Shown: piece after piece, positions 50,276-53,074 of the stretch
Numbering within the stretch: position 1 is the first letter of the stretch
Layout: each line of letters begins with the position of its first letter
Assembly: GCA_013239625.1 (NCBI GenBank)
Contig: MU054194.1
Coordinates: 67,880 to 120,953, forward strand
Source: Lama guanicoe
Lineage: Eukaryota
Reading direction: 5' to 3'
Length of the DNA stretch: 53,074 nucleotides
Translations under genes and position numbers: made by a program
Notes under the pieces: generated by a model
Database searches by the model: none
What the model was told of the DNA's origin: nothing
Seen by the model: only the letters and a program-made list of their open reading frames with translations

Positions 50276-50293
50276 TGGAGGCCCCAGCGAGAT
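50276..50293 (+). promoter_or_regulatory. PBS tRNA-Thr (repeated at 51932-51949)
   Basis: TGGAGGCCCCAGCGAGAT. Confidence 0.85.
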
Positions 50294-51603
50294 ACTACCA
50301 CGCCGAATTTTGAGCCGCTGGACTGGTGGCTCCGGCCGACCGGGGGACGGGTCTCAGGCAGCGAACGGAGGTGGCGCAGACCGATGGTATTCAGGGTTCG
50401 CTTTCGTGAAGGCAACTCAGCCCCCCCGGTTGGCTGGGCTACAACCAGAGCCAGACTCCGTGGAGGGACGGACAGACTCACCAGGTGGCCATCCGGACAA
50501 GGTAGGATCCCCTGGGAGGAATCAGGTCCTGTCCCATTGGACACAACAGGAGGCTGATCCCCTCCTACAGGCTCTCCGGCTGATGGTATTTCAGACGGGG
50601 AAATCAGGAATCAGGTCAGGAATCAGGTCCTGTCCCAGTGGACAGAAGAGGAGGCTGATCCCCTCCTACAGGGAACAGGATATTGGAATTGGTGGGAGGA
50701 CTGTTGTTAAACTGTGTGTGTGTGTGTGTGTGTGAATGAGAGGCCTGTGAATCATGCGATGAGGCTCGAGTTTGTAGCTCCACGGCATTCTTCTACGGAG
50801 TTCGAGAGAGTCCCAACCTGCGGTTCCGTGGTGACCTCATATGGCTCAGGGAGCTATCGGTCCCTCAGGGTCCCCATCGGGGTCAGCGGCTTATACTGAC
50901 CCGCCAAATCTAAGAGGCACCTTCGTCCCCGCNNNNNNNNNNNNNNNNNNNNNNNNNNNNNNNNNNNNNNNNNNNNNNNNNNNNNNNNNNNNNNNNNNNN
51001 NNNNNNNNNNNNNNNNNNNNNNNNNNNNNNNNNNNNNNNNNNNNNNNNNNNNNNNNNNNNNNNNNNNNNNNNNNNNNNNNNNNNNNNNNNNNNNNNNNNN
51101 NNNNNNNNNNNNNNNNNNNNNNNNNNNNNNNNNNNNNNNNNNNNNNNNNNNNNNNNNNNNNNNNNNNNNNNNNNNNNNNNNNNNNNNNNNNNNNNNNNNN
51201 NNNNNNNNNNNNNNNNNNNNNNNNNNNNNNNNNNNNNNNNNNNNNNNNNNNNNNNNNNNNNNNNNNNNNNNNNNNNNNNNNNNNNNTCCAGAGTCCCAAG
51301 TTAGCCTAAAAACAAATCATAGACCCAGCAAGAGAGCAGTCTCTCTGGGAACTCCGGTGTTTTGAAGAGTGAAGAAGAAAAAGATATAAAGGCTACCTTC
51401 CCAAACCAAACANNNNNNNNNNNNNNNNNNNNNNNNNNNNNNNNNNNNNNNNNNNNNNNNNNNNNNNNNNNNNNNNNNNNNNNNNNNNNNNNNNNNNNNN
51501 NNNNNNNNNNNNNNNNNNNNNNNNNNNNNNNNNNNNNNNNNNNNNNNNNNNNNNNNNNNNNNNNNNNNNNNNNNNNNNNNNNNNNNNNNNNNNNNNNNNN
51601 NNN

Positions 51604-53074
51604 TTATTGTTGGTTTGCTGATTCCCTGTTCATGTTTTATTTTTTCCTAGCCAGCTGGATGTTCAAAGAGAAATATCTGGCCTTGAAATGTTGGTTTGCT
51701 GCCTCCCTGCCTCTACTTTGGTGATAATGATGTTGCTAAAGCTGTTCATGCCTATTGGCCAAATACCCTAAGCTTGTAATTAACCCTATAAAACCTCATG
51801 CACACGTCTTGGAGGTGCTCAGAGCTTCGGAGCAGAAGCACCTCTGAGCCCGCCAGCGTAATAAATCTGAGTAATACAACCCTCCGAGTAGTGCTTGTTT
51901 CTAGGCTGGCCTGTCATTTCCATAACATTTCTGGAGGCCCCAGCGAGATACTACCACGCCGAATTTTGAGCCGCTGGACTGGTGGCTCCGGCCGACCGGG
52001 GGACGGGTCTGAGGCAGCGAACGAAGGTGGCGCAGACCGACGGTATTCAGGGTTCGCTTTCGTGAAGGCAACTCGGCCCCCCCGGTTGGCTGGGCTACAA
52101 CCAGAGCCAGACTCCGTGGAGGGATGGACAGACTCACCAGGTGGCCATCCGGACAAGGTAGGATCCCCTGGGAGGAATCAGGTCCTGTCCCATTGGACAC
52201 AACAGGAGGCTGATCCCCTCCTACAGGCTCTCCGTCTGATGGTATTTCAGACGGGGAAATCAGGAATCAGGTCAGGAATCAGGTCCTGTCCCAGTGGACA
52301 GAAGAGGAGGCTGATCCACTCCTACAGGAAACAGGATATTGGAATTGGTGGGAGGACTGTTGTTAACCTGTGTGTGTGCGTGTGTGAGTGAATGAGAGGC
52401 CTGTGAATCATGCGATCAGGCTCGAGTTTGTAGCTCCACGGCATTCCTCTACGGAGTTCGAGAGAGTCCCAACCTGCGGTTCCGTGGTGACCTCATATGG
52501 CTCAGGGAGCTATCGGTCCCTCAGGGTCCCCATCGGGGTCAGCGGCTTATACTGACCCGCCAAATCTAAGACGCACCTTCGTCCCCGCGAGGGGAGCGTC
52601 CAGGAGGACGCAACGAAAACCCACCCTTGTCTTGTCTGCGAAACAGAACACCCTTAGTGTTCCCCTACTGAACTGACCCAAGTCGTGCCCCTTTTGCCTA
52701 GCATCAGACCATCAGGATTCAAGTTAAGAAGACGAATTCCTTTAGGACCGGGCTTGCCCGGCCCGGCCCTNNNNNNNNNNNNNNNNNNNNNNNNNNNNNN
52801 NNNNNNNNNNNNNNNNNNNNNNNNNNNNNNNNNNNNNNNNNNNNNNNNNNNNNNNNNNNNNNNNNNNNNNNNNNNNNNNNNNNNNNNNNNNNNNNNNNNN
52901 NNNNNNNNNNNNNNNNNNNNNNNNNNNNNNNNNNNNNNNNNNNNNNNNTTCAGAATGTGGATTTAATGAAGAAAGTCCCTGAAACTGCTTGAGGCCTTGA
53001 GATCCAGAGACATTAGCTGTGACTGGAATCCAGAGTCCCTGAACAAGTTAGCCTAAAAACAAATCATATCATAG
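51604..53074 (+). mobile_element. Second near-identical LTR (to 51927) + PBS + leader unit
   Basis: Repeats ~49947-50932 with scattered substitutions; flanked by N-gaps. Confidence 0.85.

Overview
Mammalian genomic DNA from a draft assembly with six N-gaps. It is probably camelid, inferred from a Vic-1-like tRNA-derived SINE. No intact host gene is visible. The left third is a four-layer nest of retroelements: betaretrovirus-like env+LTR < old ERV1-type element < gammaretrovirus-like provirus (2741-16066, GTAC TSD, tRNA-Thr PBS) < full-length L1. The provirus is the highlight. It is non-autonomous and carries captured host RNA: (i) a circularly permuted ATXN7 segment in gag that looks like one lap around a back-spliced circRNA, entered and left through an 11-nt microhomology; (ii) an ODC1 active-site fragment bridging a deletion of RT/RNase H; (iii) a third, unidentified insert at the gag start. 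The middle holds an unprocessed, decayed duplicate of two TRAPPC9 coding exons, two CpG islands and old repeats. The right end has a second full-length L1 and a tandemly repeated, apparently gag-less relative of the same ERV family. Gene identities rest on recalled protein sequences and were not database-checked.
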